From Anaeromyxobacteraceae bacterium (GTDB lineage Bacteria; Myxococcota; Myxococcia; Myxococcales; Anaeromyxobacteraceae), in NCBI GenBank assembly GCA_047602405.1, contig JASGHJ010000002.1, positions 3,136,001 through 3,200,000 on the forward strand: a DNA stretch of 64,000 bases. The letters run 5' to 3'. How positions within the stretch are numbered: the stretch's first letter is position 1; every line of letters begins with the position of its first letter. Below the pieces are notes generated by a model, which had not been told where the DNA came from, did no database searches, and saw only the letters and a list, made by a program, of their open reading frames with translations. Positions 1 to 10,397 of this stretch are shown one piece after another. The position numbers and the translations under genes are program-made.

Positions 1-374
1 AGACCGGGCACGGCGGGCTCGTGGACGTCGAGTTCGCCGCCCAGTTCCTGCAGCTCCTGCACGGCCACTCGCACCCGTCCGTCCGCACCCCCACCACCCC
101 CGTCGCCCTCGCCCGCCTGCGCGAGGCTGGCCTGCTGGCGGAGGATCCTCACCGCGCGCTCGCCCGCGGCTACGAGTTCCTGCGCCGCGTCGAGCTCCGC
201 CTGCGGATCGTCCACGACTTCGCGATCGATCACCTCCCGGAGGGCGGCGCCCCGCTCGCCCAGCTCGCGCGCCGGCTCGGCTGGGCCGGGCCCGAGCCCG
301 GCGAGCGCTTCCTCGCGGAGTACGCCAGGGTGACCGGCGCCGTCCGCGCCGCGTTCGACGCCGTGGTGCGCTAG
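1..374 (+). CDS. glnE: C-terminal end of glutamate-ammonia-ligase adenylyltransferase (partial, runs off window start)
   Basis: GxGGLVDVEFAAQFLQL and YEFLRRVELRLRI match the GlnE C-terminal region. Confidence 0.85.
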   Translation, partial: TGHGGLVDVEFAAQFLQLLHGHSHPSVRTPTTPVALARLREAGLLAEDPHRALARGYEFLRRVELRLRIVHDFAIDHLPEGGAPLAQLARRLGWAGPEPGERFLAEYARVTGAVRAAFDAVVR

Positions 375-619
375 CAGGGCCCTCCTCCCCTGCCCTCCTC
401 CCCCCCGGGCCCAGAGTAAGGGGGGAGGGCGGGGCCGAACGGGCAGCCGCGGGGGCGTTCCGCCCGAGCCGTGACCCCTCCTTGGTGTGAATAGAGGACC
501 CGCCTGGACGAGCGCGGGACCGTTCGCGCTCCGTGAATGATGGTCTCGCCCGAACGCAGGCAGACCGCTCCGGCACCGCCGGGCGGTCGCACTCGCGCGA
601 GAATGGTGCGGGCTCGCTG

Positions 620-1513
620 CTACGTGGCCGGCGCGCGCGCCGCGCCGACGTTCACGTGCATGAGCCAGGTGCCGGGTGGGAACACGGTCTGGCGCAGCCC
701 CGAGCAGAACCGCTCCAGCGCCGCCTCGTAGGCGTCCCAGAACCCCTGCAGGTCCTGGAGCGCCTGGATCCGCCGCCACTTGTCGCGCGCCGCCACCTTG
801 GGGTTGAGCTGCCCCGCCGGCGCGCGCTCTCCGGGGTGCTGCCACCAGCGCTGCCTGCGGACCTTTTCGCCGCCCTTGAACTTGCGTCGCGTTCCGTCGT
901 CGTTCCGCGTGGCCTTGCGCTCGAGCTCCGCGAGCGCACCCTCGAGCGACTTCCGGAAGGCGTCGGCGTTTCGCCCCGGCGGAGGCACGAGCGGGAGCTC
1001 CACCTCGTCCGGGAGGGCGCCGAGCTCGTCGAAGAAGATGTCTGGCCGCTCGAACGTCCGCGGCTCGCCTCCGATCCACTCCGGGGCCGACCAGAGGCCA
1101 GGCCAGAGCCGCCCGTGCTCCACGAGGCCGGCCGCCACCGGGTTCGCGAGCGTGTACGCCGCCTTCGCGACGACGTCGTCCTCGGACTGGAGCGTGACCG
1201 CGCTGTAGCTCCCGGGCGCCCAGGCCGACTCGAAGCGGCCGTGATACGTGTTGAGGAAGCGCGCCAGGATCGCGTTCAGCTCCTGCGCGAACCACGGCAG
1301 CACGCCCTTCGGATCGGTGAGAACGAGGTGGTAATGGTTCGAGAGCACGCAATACGCGTGAATCTCGATCCCGTACTTCTCGGCCACGAGCGCGAGGACG
1401 TAGCCGAAGGCCGCGCTGATGGTGGGCGTCGGGGTCAGCAGGAAGAGCCGCTGCATCGTCCTGCGGGTGAAGAGGTAGGTCTTGCCCGGGAGCACCTGGC
1501 GCGGGAGGGTCAT
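620..1513 (-). mobile_element. REP-associated tyrosine (Y1/HUH) transposase, RAYT-like
   Basis: PRQVLPGKTYLFTRRT N-terminus, AYCVLSNHYHLVL (HUH), YTLANPVAAGLV (catalytic Tyr/NP). Start taken at ATG 1513. Confidence 0.85.
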
Positions 1514-1583
1514 GCCCGGCGGCATTTCATGCCCCGTGCCGCGGCAGAACTGCTGTGCCCCAGCAATTCCAAGATCGGGCCAC

Positions 1584-1619
1584 GGTCCGCGCCGCGGACC
1601 ATGGTCCGCGCGGCGGACC
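1584..1619. repeat. Tandem pair of GGTCCGC-N3-GCGGACC hairpins upstream of the RAYT gene
   Basis: ggtccgcgccgcggacc-AT-ggtccgcgcggcggacc read directly. Confidence 0.7.
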
Positions 1620-1743
1620 TCTGGGTCAGGGGGGAGAGGCGGCGGCTGGGAGCGTCCCCCGCGGGGGGATACCTCCCTCCGTGCATCCGTCACGGCGCGG
1701 GGGTGCGAACGGAGATTCTAGAATCCCCTGCATGTGGATCACC

Positions 1744-4587
1744 ATGCGTCCGACCCGGGCTCCGGCCTCGCTGCTCCTGACGACTGCGCTCCTCGCGGCC
1801 ACCTCGAGCGGCTGCTCGCGCGACCTCGGCGTGCCGGGCGCGTCCCCTCCGGCGATCTCCACGGTCGCCGTGGTCGGCCTCGAGGCGCGGGCGCTCCCGA
1901 GCAAGCTCCCGGTCCTCGCGGGCGAGCGCGTCGCGGTCGCGGGCTCGGGGTTCCCGGAGCTCCAGGAGCAGGTGCAGGTACAGGTCGGCGGGGAGGCCGC
2001 GCGGGTGGTCTCCACCTCGGCCACGCGCCTGGTCGTCGAGGTCCCCGTCCTCGGCGCCACCGGCGACGTCGACCTCACCGTCACCACCTCCGCGGGCTTC
2101 GGCACGCTCGCGAAGGCCCTGCGCTACGACGGCCCGGGCCTCCCCCGCGGCACCTCGGTGTCCGACCTCCAGACCGCGATCGGCCTCGCCGGCGTCGTGC
2201 CGGCGGAGCCCGGCAACGCGGTCACCGGCTTCGCGGACGTGGCGGTCGCGTTCGGCGGCGGCGACTCGGCGCTGCTCGTCTACCCGAACGCCGGGATCGC
2301 GGCGAGCACCATCCCGCTCGGCCTCCTCCCCGGCAGCCTCGCGGCGCGCCTGAGCCCGTCGGGCCCGAACTTCCTCGTCGAGGTCCTCGCGCTCGACGAC
2401 CGCGGCCGCGTCGGCCTGGGCCAGGTCACCATCTCCTCCACCGGCGCGATCGTCTCCCGCTCCGAGCAGCGCACCCTCACCTCGCCCATCACGCCGAAGG
2501 ACTGCCGCTCCCCGCACGTCCTCTTCACGAAGCTCGGCACGCCGGTCGGCGCCTGGGTCCGCGGCGCCGACTCGGTCCCCCTCATCGCCACGATCGATCT
2601 CGGCGCCGCCGGGACCCAGTACGCGCCGAAGGGCGGCGTGGTCCGCCCCACCGGCGGCGAGGTCTCCGGCTGGGCGACCTGGAAGGGCGACCTCGTCGTC
2701 TACGCCGCCGGAGACGACGTCTTCCTCTACGACGCCGGGACGCAGGCCGCACCGGCGCCGCTCTCCATCCTCGGCCAGTCCGTGAAGGCGCGCCTCCTCG
2801 CCGGCTGCGCGGCCGGCGCCATCGACGAGGTGCACACCGTCGCGCTCGCGTCCTCGCTCGGCGCGGACGCCCTCGCGATCGGCTACCGGTCCGGCGGCCT
2901 CGAGCGGGTGGCGCTCGTCGACCTCCTCACCGGCGTGGTCCACCGGGGCATCTCCGGCCTGCCCGCGAGCGCCCTCTCGCTCGCGCCGGTGGCGCCGTAC
3001 ACCGGCGTGGGGGGCTGGTACGTGCTCGCCGCGGTGGGCGGCAACCTCGTGCGCTTCTCCGCGGTGCCGAACGGCACCGCCTGCGGCGAGGACCTCGCGC
3101 CGGACGCCTCGCTCCCCCTCTCCTCGAACGCCTTCGCGGCCCTGCCCGGCTTCGCGGGCCTGGCGCCCTTCACCGGCGGCACCCGCGTCCTCTCGGTCAC
3201 GCCCGGCGGCGACCTCGTCACCGTCCTCCCGCCCACCCTCTCCTCGCCCGGCGCCGTCTTCCGCTTCGCGAGCTACGGCCGGGTCTCGACCACCATCGCC
3301 CCCGTCTCGATCGGCGGCGTCGACGCCTTCGTCACGCTCGCGGTCGCGGAGCACACCTCGGTCTCGAGCACCTCCGCGCTCCTCGACACCGGCTCGGCCG
3401 AGCTCGTGCTCGCGCTCGACGCCGGCGACCGCCCGCTCGCGCTCGGCGGCTCCGGCTTCGGCCGCGGCGCGGTCTGGGTCAAGAACCCCACCGCCGGCCA
3501 GAGCTGGGACGGCGCGCTCGCGTACTCGGGCGACCTGCCCCGGAACCTCGACACGTCCACCGGCGGCAAGCTCCAGGGCGCCTCCGCGGCGGTGACCTCC
3601 TTCAAGATGGACACCACCTGCTCGCCGAGGCCGGAGATGGAGATCGTCGGCTCCGCGCCGCTCGCCGGCAACCCGGACCTCGTCGCCCAGGGCCCGGCGC
3701 GCTCCGGCCAGCTCGGCCCGGACGGCCACGCACGCTACGGCCCGACCTCGGCCCCGACCTACCTCGTGTCCGGCACCAGCCTCACCGGCATCGGCACCGC
3801 CTCCTCCGACGCCTGCCTCTCCCCGGTCGGCGGGCTCGACTCGCTCGCCTGCACCGGCGCCTCGAAGGAGCTCGGGGTGGCCCCGGTCGACCTCACCCTC
3901 TCCGCCGGCGACACCGCCGTCGCGGCGCGCTCGCTCTCGACCACCTGCAAGCCCTGCAGGCTGCCCTTCGCCTGCAGCGGCACCGGCCCCGGCGCGAAGT
4001 GCGCCGAGGGCGACGTCCTCTGCCAGCGCGCGTTCTGCCCGGTCGCGCCGTCGCTCCGCGTGGTCCCGCTCACCGCGTCCGGCGCGGGCCACGACGTCGC
4101 GCTCCCCGCCGCGCCGGTCTCGGCCACCGCCGACCGCGCGGGCGGCTTCCTCGTCACGCTGCCCTGCGCCCTCGCCGGCGCCGGCTTCCCGGCGCCCTTC
4201 GACGCGCTCTGCCCGAAGCTCGAGGCGGACCTCGCGACGACCGGCGCGCTCGCCTTCGTGCCGGAGGACGGGGCCGCGCCCACCTTCCTCGCCGTGCTGC
4301 CCGGCCTCGCCGGCGCCGTCGCCGAGACGCCGAACGGCGCCGAGGCCTGGGTCTCCGGCCCGGTGAAGAGCGGGGCGCTGCACCTCACCCGGCTCTCGCT
4401 CCCCCGCGACCCCCGGACCGGCGCCCTCGACCTCTCGCGCCGGGCGACGCTCGCCGGCGTCCAGCCGCTCGGGACGGCGGGCGAGGCCGTCGGGGCGTAC
4501 GCGGCGAGCGGGATCACCTTCACGCCGGACGGCGCCACCGCGGTCGTCACCGTGCCGGCCGACTACCGGATCCTGCTCCTGGAGTAA
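1744..4587 (+). CDS. Large secreted lipoprotein with N-terminal IPT/TIG domain and probable beta-rich repeats
   Basis: Signal peptide with lipobox-like TSSGC; GERVAVAGSGF...VQVGG...RLVVEVP...LTVTT TIG pattern; GC3-biased codons. Confidence 0.7.
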   Translation: MRPTRAPASLLLTTALLAATSSGCSRDLGVPGASPPAISTVAVVGLEARALPSKLPVLAGERVAVAGSGFPELQEQVQVQVGGEAARVVSTSATRLVVEVPVLGATGDVDLTVTTSAGFGTLAKALRYDGPGLPRGTSVSDLQTAIGLAGVVPAEPGNAVTGFADVAVAFGGGDSALLVYPNAGIAASTIPLGLLPGSLAARLSPSGPNFLVEVLALDDRGRVGLGQVTISSTGAIVSRSEQRTLTSPITPKDCRSPHVLFTKLGTPVGAWVRGADSVPLIATIDLGAAGTQYAPKGGVVRPTGGEVSGWATWKGDLVVYAAGDDVFLYDAGTQAAPAPLSILGQSVKARLLAGCAAGAIDEVHTVALASSLGADALAIGYRSGGLERVALVDLLTGVVHRGISGLPASALSLAPVAPYTGVGGWYVLAAVGGNLVRFSAVPNGTACGEDLAPDASLPLSSNAFAALPGFAGLAPFTGGTRVLSVTPGGDLVTVLPPTLSSPGAVFRFASYGRVSTTIAPVSIGGVDAFVTLAVAEHTSVSSTSALLDTGSAELVLALDAGDRPLALGGSGFGRGAVWVKNPTAGQSWDGALAYSGDLPRNLDTSTGGKLQGASAAVTSFKMDTTCSPRPEMEIVGSAPLAGNPDLVAQGPARSGQLGPDGHARYGPTSAPTYLVSGTSLTGIGTASSDACLSPVGGLDSLACTGASKELGVAPVDLTLSAGDTAVAARSLSTTCKPCRLPFACSGTGPGAKCAEGDVLCQRAFCPVAPSLRVVPLTASGAGHDVALPAAPVSATADRAGGFLVTLPCALAGAGFPAPFDALCPKLEADLATTGALAFVPEDGAAPTFLAVLPGLAGAVAETPNGAEAWVSGPVKSGALHLTRLSLPRDPRTGALDLSRRATLAGVQPLGTAGEAVGAYAASGITFTPDGATAVVTVPADYRILLLE

Positions 4588-4598
4588 GCTCCGGGGCC

Positions 4599-6029
4599 TT
4601 GGCTCCCCCGGACCCGGATCTCGACGCCCAGCGCGCGCGCACGAAGCCCATCGACGACGCAGAGGTCGCGCTCGTCCGCTCGGTCGTCTCCGAGGCGGAG
4701 TGGCTCTCGGAGCCCGACGAGGCGGCGCTCCGCTACGCGCTCGGGCTCGCGCGGCTCGGGCAGGTCCGCGCCCCCGGCGGCGCGGACGTGGACCTCGCCC
4801 CGCTCCTCGCGCCCTGGCACGAGGAGGTCACGGCCCGGCTCGTCCCGCCGCTCCTCGCGAGGGGTGGCCCGGATCGCGGGGAGGTGCTGCGGCTCCTCCA
4901 CGACGCCGCGGTGCACGCCCGGGCCTGGCGCGCCCGCGTCATCGAGGCCCACGGGGAGCGCCTCCCGCCCGGCGCGCTCGACCGCGAGATCTGCGAGCGC
5001 GCGCTCGTGCTCGTCGCGGGCGGCGGCGGCGGGGTGGCCTGGAGCTACGTCGGCGCGTTCGAGCTCCTCGAGCAGTACGGGCTCGCGCCGCGCCTCCTCG
5101 CCGGCACGAGCATGGGCGCCGTCCTCATGCTCTTCCGCGCCCGCCGCGCGCGGTGGAACCCGGAGGACTTCGAGGCCGCGCTCGGCTCGCTCACGGTGAA
5201 GACGCTCTTCCGGTTCCTGCAGACCGGCTCGCGCTGGGGGCTCCCCGCCGCGCTGCGCCTCTACCTGCGGGCCGCGATCGGCGAGTTCCTCAAGGGCCCC
5301 GACGGCCACCCGCTCACGCTCGGGCAGCTCGTCGTGCCGATGATCGTGACGGTGACCGGCATCCGCAACGGCGCCCTCCCCCGCGATCCCTCCTACTACG
5401 AGCACCTCCTCGACGCCGAGGCCCGGAGCGGCCCCTTCGCCGCGCGCCGGTACGCGACGGCCATCTTCCGCGCGGTCGGCGAGCTCATGGTCCAGCGGGA
5501 CCGGCTCGCCCGCATCTACCTCGGCGCCGACGAGGAGACCCGCGCGTTCGACGCCATCGACGCGGTCGGCTTCTCCTCCGCGCTCCCCGGCGTCATCCAC
5601 TACGACGTGCTCCGGGACGACGAGCGCATGCACCGGCTGCTCGGCGACCTCTTCGCGCGCCACGATCTCTTCCGGCTCGTCGACGGCGGCCTCGTCGACA
5701 ACCTGCCCGCCCGCGCGGCGTGGGGCGCGGTGCAGCGCGGGACGATCGGCACGCGCAACGCGTTCGTGCTCGCGCTCGAGGGCTTCGGCCCGAAGCTCGG
5801 CCAGCCGCTGTGGTACGGGCTCGAGCAGCTCGCCGCGCAGAACGTGGCGCGGAGCCTGCCGTTCGTGCACCACCGGCGCTCGTTCCAGCGGGTGCTCTCG
5901 CCCGCCGAGGTCGTGCCCTCGGCGGCGGCGCTCGGCCGGGCGGTGCGCGACGGGAAGTCGGAGCTCCACCCCGACATGCCCTTCGTGGCCCGGATGTGCC
6001 GCCCGTTCCGGCCGCCCGCGGGAGGGTAG
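4599..6029 (+). CDS. Patatin-like phospholipase
   Basis: GGGGG oxyanion loop, GTSMG nucleophile, DGG motif; TTG start inferred. Confidence 0.85.
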   Translation: MAPPDPDLDAQRARTKPIDDAEVALVRSVVSEAEWLSEPDEAALRYALGLARLGQVRAPGGADVDLAPLLAPWHEEVTARLVPPLLARGGPDRGEVLRLLHDAAVHARAWRARVIEAHGERLPPGALDREICERALVLVAGGGGGVAWSYVGAFELLEQYGLAPRLLAGTSMGAVLMLFRARRARWNPEDFEAALGSLTVKTLFRFLQTGSRWGLPAALRLYLRAAIGEFLKGPDGHPLTLGQLVVPMIVTVTGIRNGALPRDPSYYEHLLDAEARSGPFAARRYATAIFRAVGELMVQRDRLARIYLGADEETRAFDAIDAVGFSSALPGVIHYDVLRDDERMHRLLGDLFARHDLFRLVDGGLVDNLPARAAWGAVQRGTIGTRNAFVLALEGFGPKLGQPLWYGLEQLAAQNVARSLPFVHHRRSFQRVLSPAEVVPSAAALGRAVRDGKSELHPDMPFVARMCRPFRPPAGG

Positions 6030-6030
6030 C

Positions 6031-6110
6031 GCTCATCCTGAGCGTGCCTCGACTCCGGCCCCTGCTGCGCAGGGGCCTACGCTCGGCATGAGCGGCCGGA
6101 GTCGAAGGAC
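6031..6110. repeat. Nested REP-like element (reverse copy inside a forward copy)
   Basis: Outer gctcatcctgagcgt...ggccggagtcgaaggac; inner 6047-6093 is the reverse complement of gctcatgccgagcGTAGgcccctgcgcagcaggggccggagtcgagg. Confidence 0.7.
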
Positions 6111-6151
6111 CGCGTTGAAATCCCCCTCCGGCTGGGGCATCTTCCGCGACC

Positions 6152-7081
6152 ATGGCGATCAAGACCAAGTCCGACGCGATCTGGATGGACGGCAAGCTCG
6201 TGCCCTTCGAGGAGTCGAAGGTCCACGTCCTCACCCACACGCTCCACTACGGCGTGGCGGTGTTCGAGGGCATCCGCGCGTACCGGACCGCCGAGGGCCG
6301 CTCCAACGTCTTCCGCCTGAAGGAGCACATCCGCCGCCTCTTCGACTCGGCGCACATCTACATGATGCAGATCCCGTTCACGCCCGCCGAGCTCGAGCAG
6401 GCGTGCATCGAGACGCTCAAGGCGAACAAGCTCGCCGAGGGCTACATCCGCCCGCTCGCGTTCTACGGCGCGGGCGCGCTCGGGGTCGGCGCCGTGAACG
6501 AGGTGCAGGTCATCATCGCGGTCTGGCCGTGGGGCGCCTACCTGTCGGAGGAGGGGCTGCGCCGCGGCATCCGCGCGAAGATCTCGAGCTTCAACCGGAT
6601 GCACGTGAACGTGAACATGGTCCGGGCGAAGGCGTCCGGGCAGTACGTGAACTCGTTCCTCGCCACGCGCGAGGCGGCGCTCGGCGGCTTCGAGGAGGCG
6701 ATCCTCCTCGACACCGAGGGCTACCCCTCGGAGGGCTCGGGCGAGAACCTCTTCATGATCAAGAACGGGGTCGTCTTCACGCCGCCCCTCTCCTCCGCGG
6801 TGCTCGACGGGATCACCCGCGCCTCGGTCATCCAGATCGCCCGCGACCTCGGCATCCCGGTGAAGGAGGAGAAGTTCACCCGCGACTCGCTCTACCTCGC
6901 CGACGAGGTCTTCATGACCGGGACCGCCGCCGAGGTGACCCCGGTCCGCGAGATCGACCACCGGAAGATCGGCATCGGCGAGGCCGGCCCCATCACGAAG
7001 AAGCTCCAGGCCGCCTACTTCGCCGCCGTGAAGGGGGCTGACCCGAAGTACAAGGCCTGGCTGAGCCCCTTCGAGGTCTAG
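6152..7081 (+). CDS. ilvE: Branched-chain amino acid aminotransferase
   Basis: [36 protein letters not shown] motifs. Confidence 0.97.
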   Translation: MAIKTKSDAIWMDGKLVPFEESKVHVLTHTLHYGVAVFEGIRAYRTAEGRSNVFRLKEHIRRLFDSAHIYMMQIPFTPAELEQACIETLKANKLAEGYIRPLAFYGAGALGVGAVNEVQVIIAVWPWGAYLSEEGLRRGIRAKISSFNRMHVNVNMVRAKASGQYVNSFLATREAALGGFEEAILLDTEGYPSEGSGENLFMIKNGVVFTPPLSSAVLDGITRASVIQIARDLGIPVKEEKFTRDSLYLADEVFMTGTAAEVTPVREIDHRKIGIGEAGPITKKLQAAYFAAVKGADPKYKAWLSPFEV

Positions 7082-7245
7082 GCGCCCGCGCGCAGCCCCC
7101 CGCAGAGCCCTCCTCCGAGGGGGCACACCGGGCGTGCAACCTCCTGAAATCCCAGCGAAGGCGCACACTTCCCGACCCCCCCCGTTCTCGGGTCCGGGAA
7201 CAAAGGTGGAGGTGTGCCCGTTCCCCCTGCCGAACGAAGGCTGCA

Positions 7246-7275
7246 TTGACCTTTGAAAGGGCTTTCGGCTAGATT
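7246..7275 (+). promoter_or_regulatory. Candidate sigma70 promoter for the Fic gene
   Basis: TTGACC-N18-TAGATT in an AT-richer intergenic region. Confidence 0.4.
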
Positions 7276-7409
7276 CCCCCCGCCTTCGGGGTCTGTAGCC
7301 CGAAATCCCTTGGAACTACATAGGCTTGGCGCCGGTCGCCGCGTTGCTCTCCCGCAACTTTTTCAGCGATGAAGCGCGCAGACCCCCGGCCTTCGAGGAG
7401 TGCTCGAAC

Positions 7410-8177
7410 ATGCGGACCCGTTACGTCGACTTCGATGACCGGATGGAGGACCTGACGGACCGGATGCGCATCGATCCGGAGCTCTCCCAGGATTTCCTCA
7501 GCAAGTACGAGCTCTCCTGGCTGTACCACGAGAACGCGCTCGAGGGCGTCGTGTACTCGGGCCAGGAGCTCTCGACGGCGCTCGCCGGTGCGCCGCTCGC
7601 CGATGCCACGTTCGTCTCCGCGCTCCAGTCGATCCGCAACCACAAGGTCGCGCTCGACCTCGTGCGCGAGGAGGCGGCGGCGAAGAAGGTGAAGGTCAAC
7701 CTCACCCTCGTGAAGAAGCTGCACGAGACGCTGTGCGCCGGGCACGAAGGCCGCGCCCAGGCCGACTGGCGCGAGGACATGCCGCTGCACCGCGCCTACT
7801 ACCACGAGATCGCGCAGCCCCCGAAGATCGCCCCGCTCCTGCAGAAGGTCCTGGACGCCTGCGATTCCGCCGACTTCCGCGGCTCGCACCCGATCCAGCA
7901 GGCGGCGAAGCTCCAGCACGGCTTCATGCAGGCCTTCCCGTTCACCGACAACTCCGGCCGGGTGGCGCGCCTGCTCGGGAACCTCCTCCTGTTCCACGGC
8001 GGCTACAAGCTCGCGCTCATCATCCACGCAACCGACCGGCAGCGGTACTACGACTCGCTCCGCATGCCGGAGGCGTCGCTCCGCGACCTCATGATCGAGG
8101 CGCTCGACAACGCCCTCTCGCAGGCCGAGAAGTTCTTCGCCCAGGCTCCCCGCCGGTCGAAGCGCTCCGCCCGCTAG
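7410..8177 (+). CDS. Fic-domain protein with degenerate active-site motif
   Basis: HENALEG (inhibitory-helix-like) and FPFTDNSGRVARL versus canonical HPFxDGNGRxxR. Confidence 0.8.
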   Translation: MRTRYVDFDDRMEDLTDRMRIDPELSQDFLSKYELSWLYHENALEGVVYSGQELSTALAGAPLADATFVSALQSIRNHKVALDLVREEAAAKKVKVNLTLVKKLHETLCAGHEGRAQADWREDMPLHRAYYHEIAQPPKIAPLLQKVLDACDSADFRGSHPIQQAAKLQHGFMQAFPFTDNSGRVARLLGNLLLFHGGYKLALIIHATDRQRYYDSLRMPEASLRDLMIEALDNALSQAEKFFAQAPRRSKRSAR

Positions 8178-8367
8178 CACCCCCCTAAGGGTCCCATCGG
8201 CCGGGCTGAACCCCTCCATCGGGGGGTTCGCCCGGCCGTTTCCTTTCCGGCCACATGGGGCAGCGCCCGACGCAACTTGCTTGGATCACAGGACTTTGTC
8301 GCGGAGCCCGGTCGCGGAATGGGCAGGCGTGGCGGGCCGAGGTCCCGTAATGTATACGTCGCGCCCC

Positions 8368-9276
8368 ATGCTGCTCGGAGCCCACGAAGGAATTGCCGGT
8401 GGTGTGTCCACCGCATTCGGCCGCGCCGAGGAGGACGGCGCCGACTGCGTCCAGATCTTCACGCGCAACGCGCGCGGCTGGGCGGCGAAGCCCCTCGAGG
8501 ACGAGGAGGTGTCTCGGTTCCGGGCCGAGGCGCGCCGCACCGGGCTCCCGGTCGCGGCCCACGCCTCCTACCTCATCAACGCCGCGGCCTCCGACCGGGT
8601 CGTCCGCAAGAAGAGCTTCGACGCCCTCGCCGACGAGCTCGGCCGGTGCGAGACCCTCGGCATCCCACACCTGATCTTCCACCCGGGCAGCCACCCCGAC
8701 CACCGGGAGGGCACCCGCATCGCCGGCGAGGCCATGACGCGGGCGCTCGAGAAGGTCCCCGGGAAGGCCCGGCTCCTCGTCGAGACGACCGCCGGCCAGG
8801 GCGACTGCCTCGGCTGGCGCTTCGAGGAGGTCGCCGCGCTCCGCGAGGCCGTGCCGGGGGCGCTCCGCCGCCGGGTCGGCGTCTGCGTCGACACGTGCCA
8901 CGTGTACGCGTCGGGCTACGACCTCGGCACCGAGGACGGCTACGAGAAGACCATCGCCGAGCTCGACCGGGTGGTCGGCCTCGGCAACGTCCGCGCGTTC
9001 CACCTCAACGACTCGAAGAAGCCGCTCGGCTGCCGCGTCGACCGGCACGAGCACATCGGCGACGGCGCCATGGGGCTCGCGCCGTTCCGCTTCCTCGTCA
9101 ACGACCCCCGCTTCGCGGACGTGCCCGGGTTCCTCGAGACCGAGCTCAGGTTCAAGGAGAACCTGGCCGTGCTGCGCTCCCTGATCCGCAAGGGCGGCGC
9201 CGCCACGTCCATCGCGAAGCCGCAGAAGCCGTCCGCGCGACGCGGCGCCCCGCGCGCCGCAGAAGCCGCGCCATGA
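8368..9276 (+). CDS. nfo: Endonuclease IV
   Basis: LGAH, QIFTRN, HASYLIN, FHPG, VETTAGQG, DTCH, HLNDSK, DRHEHIG metal ligands. Confidence 0.95.
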   Translation: MLLGAHEGIAGGVSTAFGRAEEDGADCVQIFTRNARGWAAKPLEDEEVSRFRAEARRTGLPVAAHASYLINAAASDRVVRKKSFDALADELGRCETLGIPHLIFHPGSHPDHREGTRIAGEAMTRALEKVPGKARLLVETTAGQGDCLGWRFEEVAALREAVPGALRRRVGVCVDTCHVYASGYDLGTEDGYEKTIAELDRVVGLGNVRAFHLNDSKKPLGCRVDRHEHIGDGAMGLAPFRFLVNDPRFADVPGFLETELRFKENLAVLRSLIRKGGAATSIAKPQKPSARRGAPRAAEAAP

Positions 9277-10397
9277 AGCCCGCCCGCATGAACACGCCCG
9301 ACAACCTTCCCCGCTCGCGCTCCGGCGCACCCGTGCGCTCCGCGCGCATGTCGCTCGATCCGCGCCAGCCCGAGACCGTGAAGGAGAAGCTCGACCGGCT
9401 CGTGCAGTACGCGAAGAGCCACGAGCGGGCGCTCATCCTCACCCACGACAACCCGGATCCGGACTCCATCGCGGCCGGCGTGGCGCTCGCGCACCTGCTC
9501 GAGAAGCTCGCGGGCGTCGAGGCGATCGTGGCGTACGGCGGCATCGTGGGGCGCGCCGAGAACCGCGCGCTGCTGAAGGTCCTGAAGCTCCCGGTGGTGC
9601 CGCTCGCCCGCGTGGTGTTCGACGACTACGACCTCATCTGCATGGTCGACACCCAGCCCGAGCAGGGGAACCACTCCCTGCCCGCGCGGCACTTCCCCGA
9701 CGTCGTCATCGACCACCACCCCGAGCGGCCGGACTCGCACCTCGCGCCCATCGCCGACGTGGGCGGGCCGATCGGCGCGACCTCGACGCTCGTCGCCGAG
9801 TACTTCCGCGCGAGCGGCCTCAAGGTGCCGCCGGCGGTCGCGACCGCGCTCTTCTACGGCGTGAAGGCCGACACCCGCGACCTCGGGCGCCAGACCACGC
9901 ACCAGGACATCGAGGCGTACCTCTGGCTCTTCCCGATGGCCGACAAGGAGGCGCTCGCGCAGATCGAGCACCCGCGCCTCCCGCTCGACTACTTCCGCCT
10001 GTACCACGGGGCGATCGAGAAGGCGCAGGTGTTCGGGGACGAGGCGGTGGTGTGCGACCTCGGCGAGATCTACACGCCGGACATGGTCGCCGAGGTGGCC
10101 GAGCGCTTCATGTTCCTCGAGGGCATGCGCTGGTCGCTCGCGTTCGGCCTGTACGAGGACGCGCTCTACTACTCGCTCCGCACGAACGACCGCCGCATGA
10201 ACGCCGGCCGGCTCATCCGCGACGTCATCGAGGTGAAGGGCGGCGTCGCCGGTGGCCACGGCTCGATGGCCGGGGCCCGCCTCCCCGCGAAGAAGCTCAC
10301 GCCGGCGGGCCTCAAGAAGCTGCGCGAGGAGGTCGTGCGGTCCTTCCTCGACGCGTTCGGCGTGAAGGCGAAGAAGCCCCGGAAGATCGTCGACTGA
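9273..10397 (+). CDS. DHH family phosphoesterase (NrnA-like)
   Basis: THDNPDPDS, VDTQ, IDHH, GGHGSMAG; ATGA overlap with nfo (alternative start 9348). Confidence 0.9.
   Translation: MKPARMNTPDNLPRSRSGAPVRSARMSLDPRQPETVKEKLDRLVQYAKSHERALILTHDNPDPDSIAAGVALAHLLEKLAGVEAIVAYGGIVGRAENRALLKVLKLPVVPLARVVFDDYDLICMVDTQPEQGNHSLPARHFPDVVIDHHPERPDSHLAPIADVGGPIGATSTLVAEYFRASGLKVPPAVATALFYGVKADTRDLGRQTTHQDIEAYLWLFPMADKEALAQIEHPRLPLDYFRLYHGAIEKAQVFGDEAVVCDLGEIYTPDMVAEVAERFMFLEGMRWSLAFGLYEDALYYSLRTNDRRMNAGRLIRDVIEVKGGVAGGHGSMAGARLPAKKLTPAGLKKLREEVVRSFLDAFGVKAKKPRKIVD

Noticed and set aside
1734..6029. 1431-aa ORF and similar giant ORFs (42655-47043, 44919-49376, 48389-53689, 46904-50326)
   Set aside because: Arg/Pro/Gly-rich off-frame or antisense read-through caused by high GC; only sub-segments match real genes
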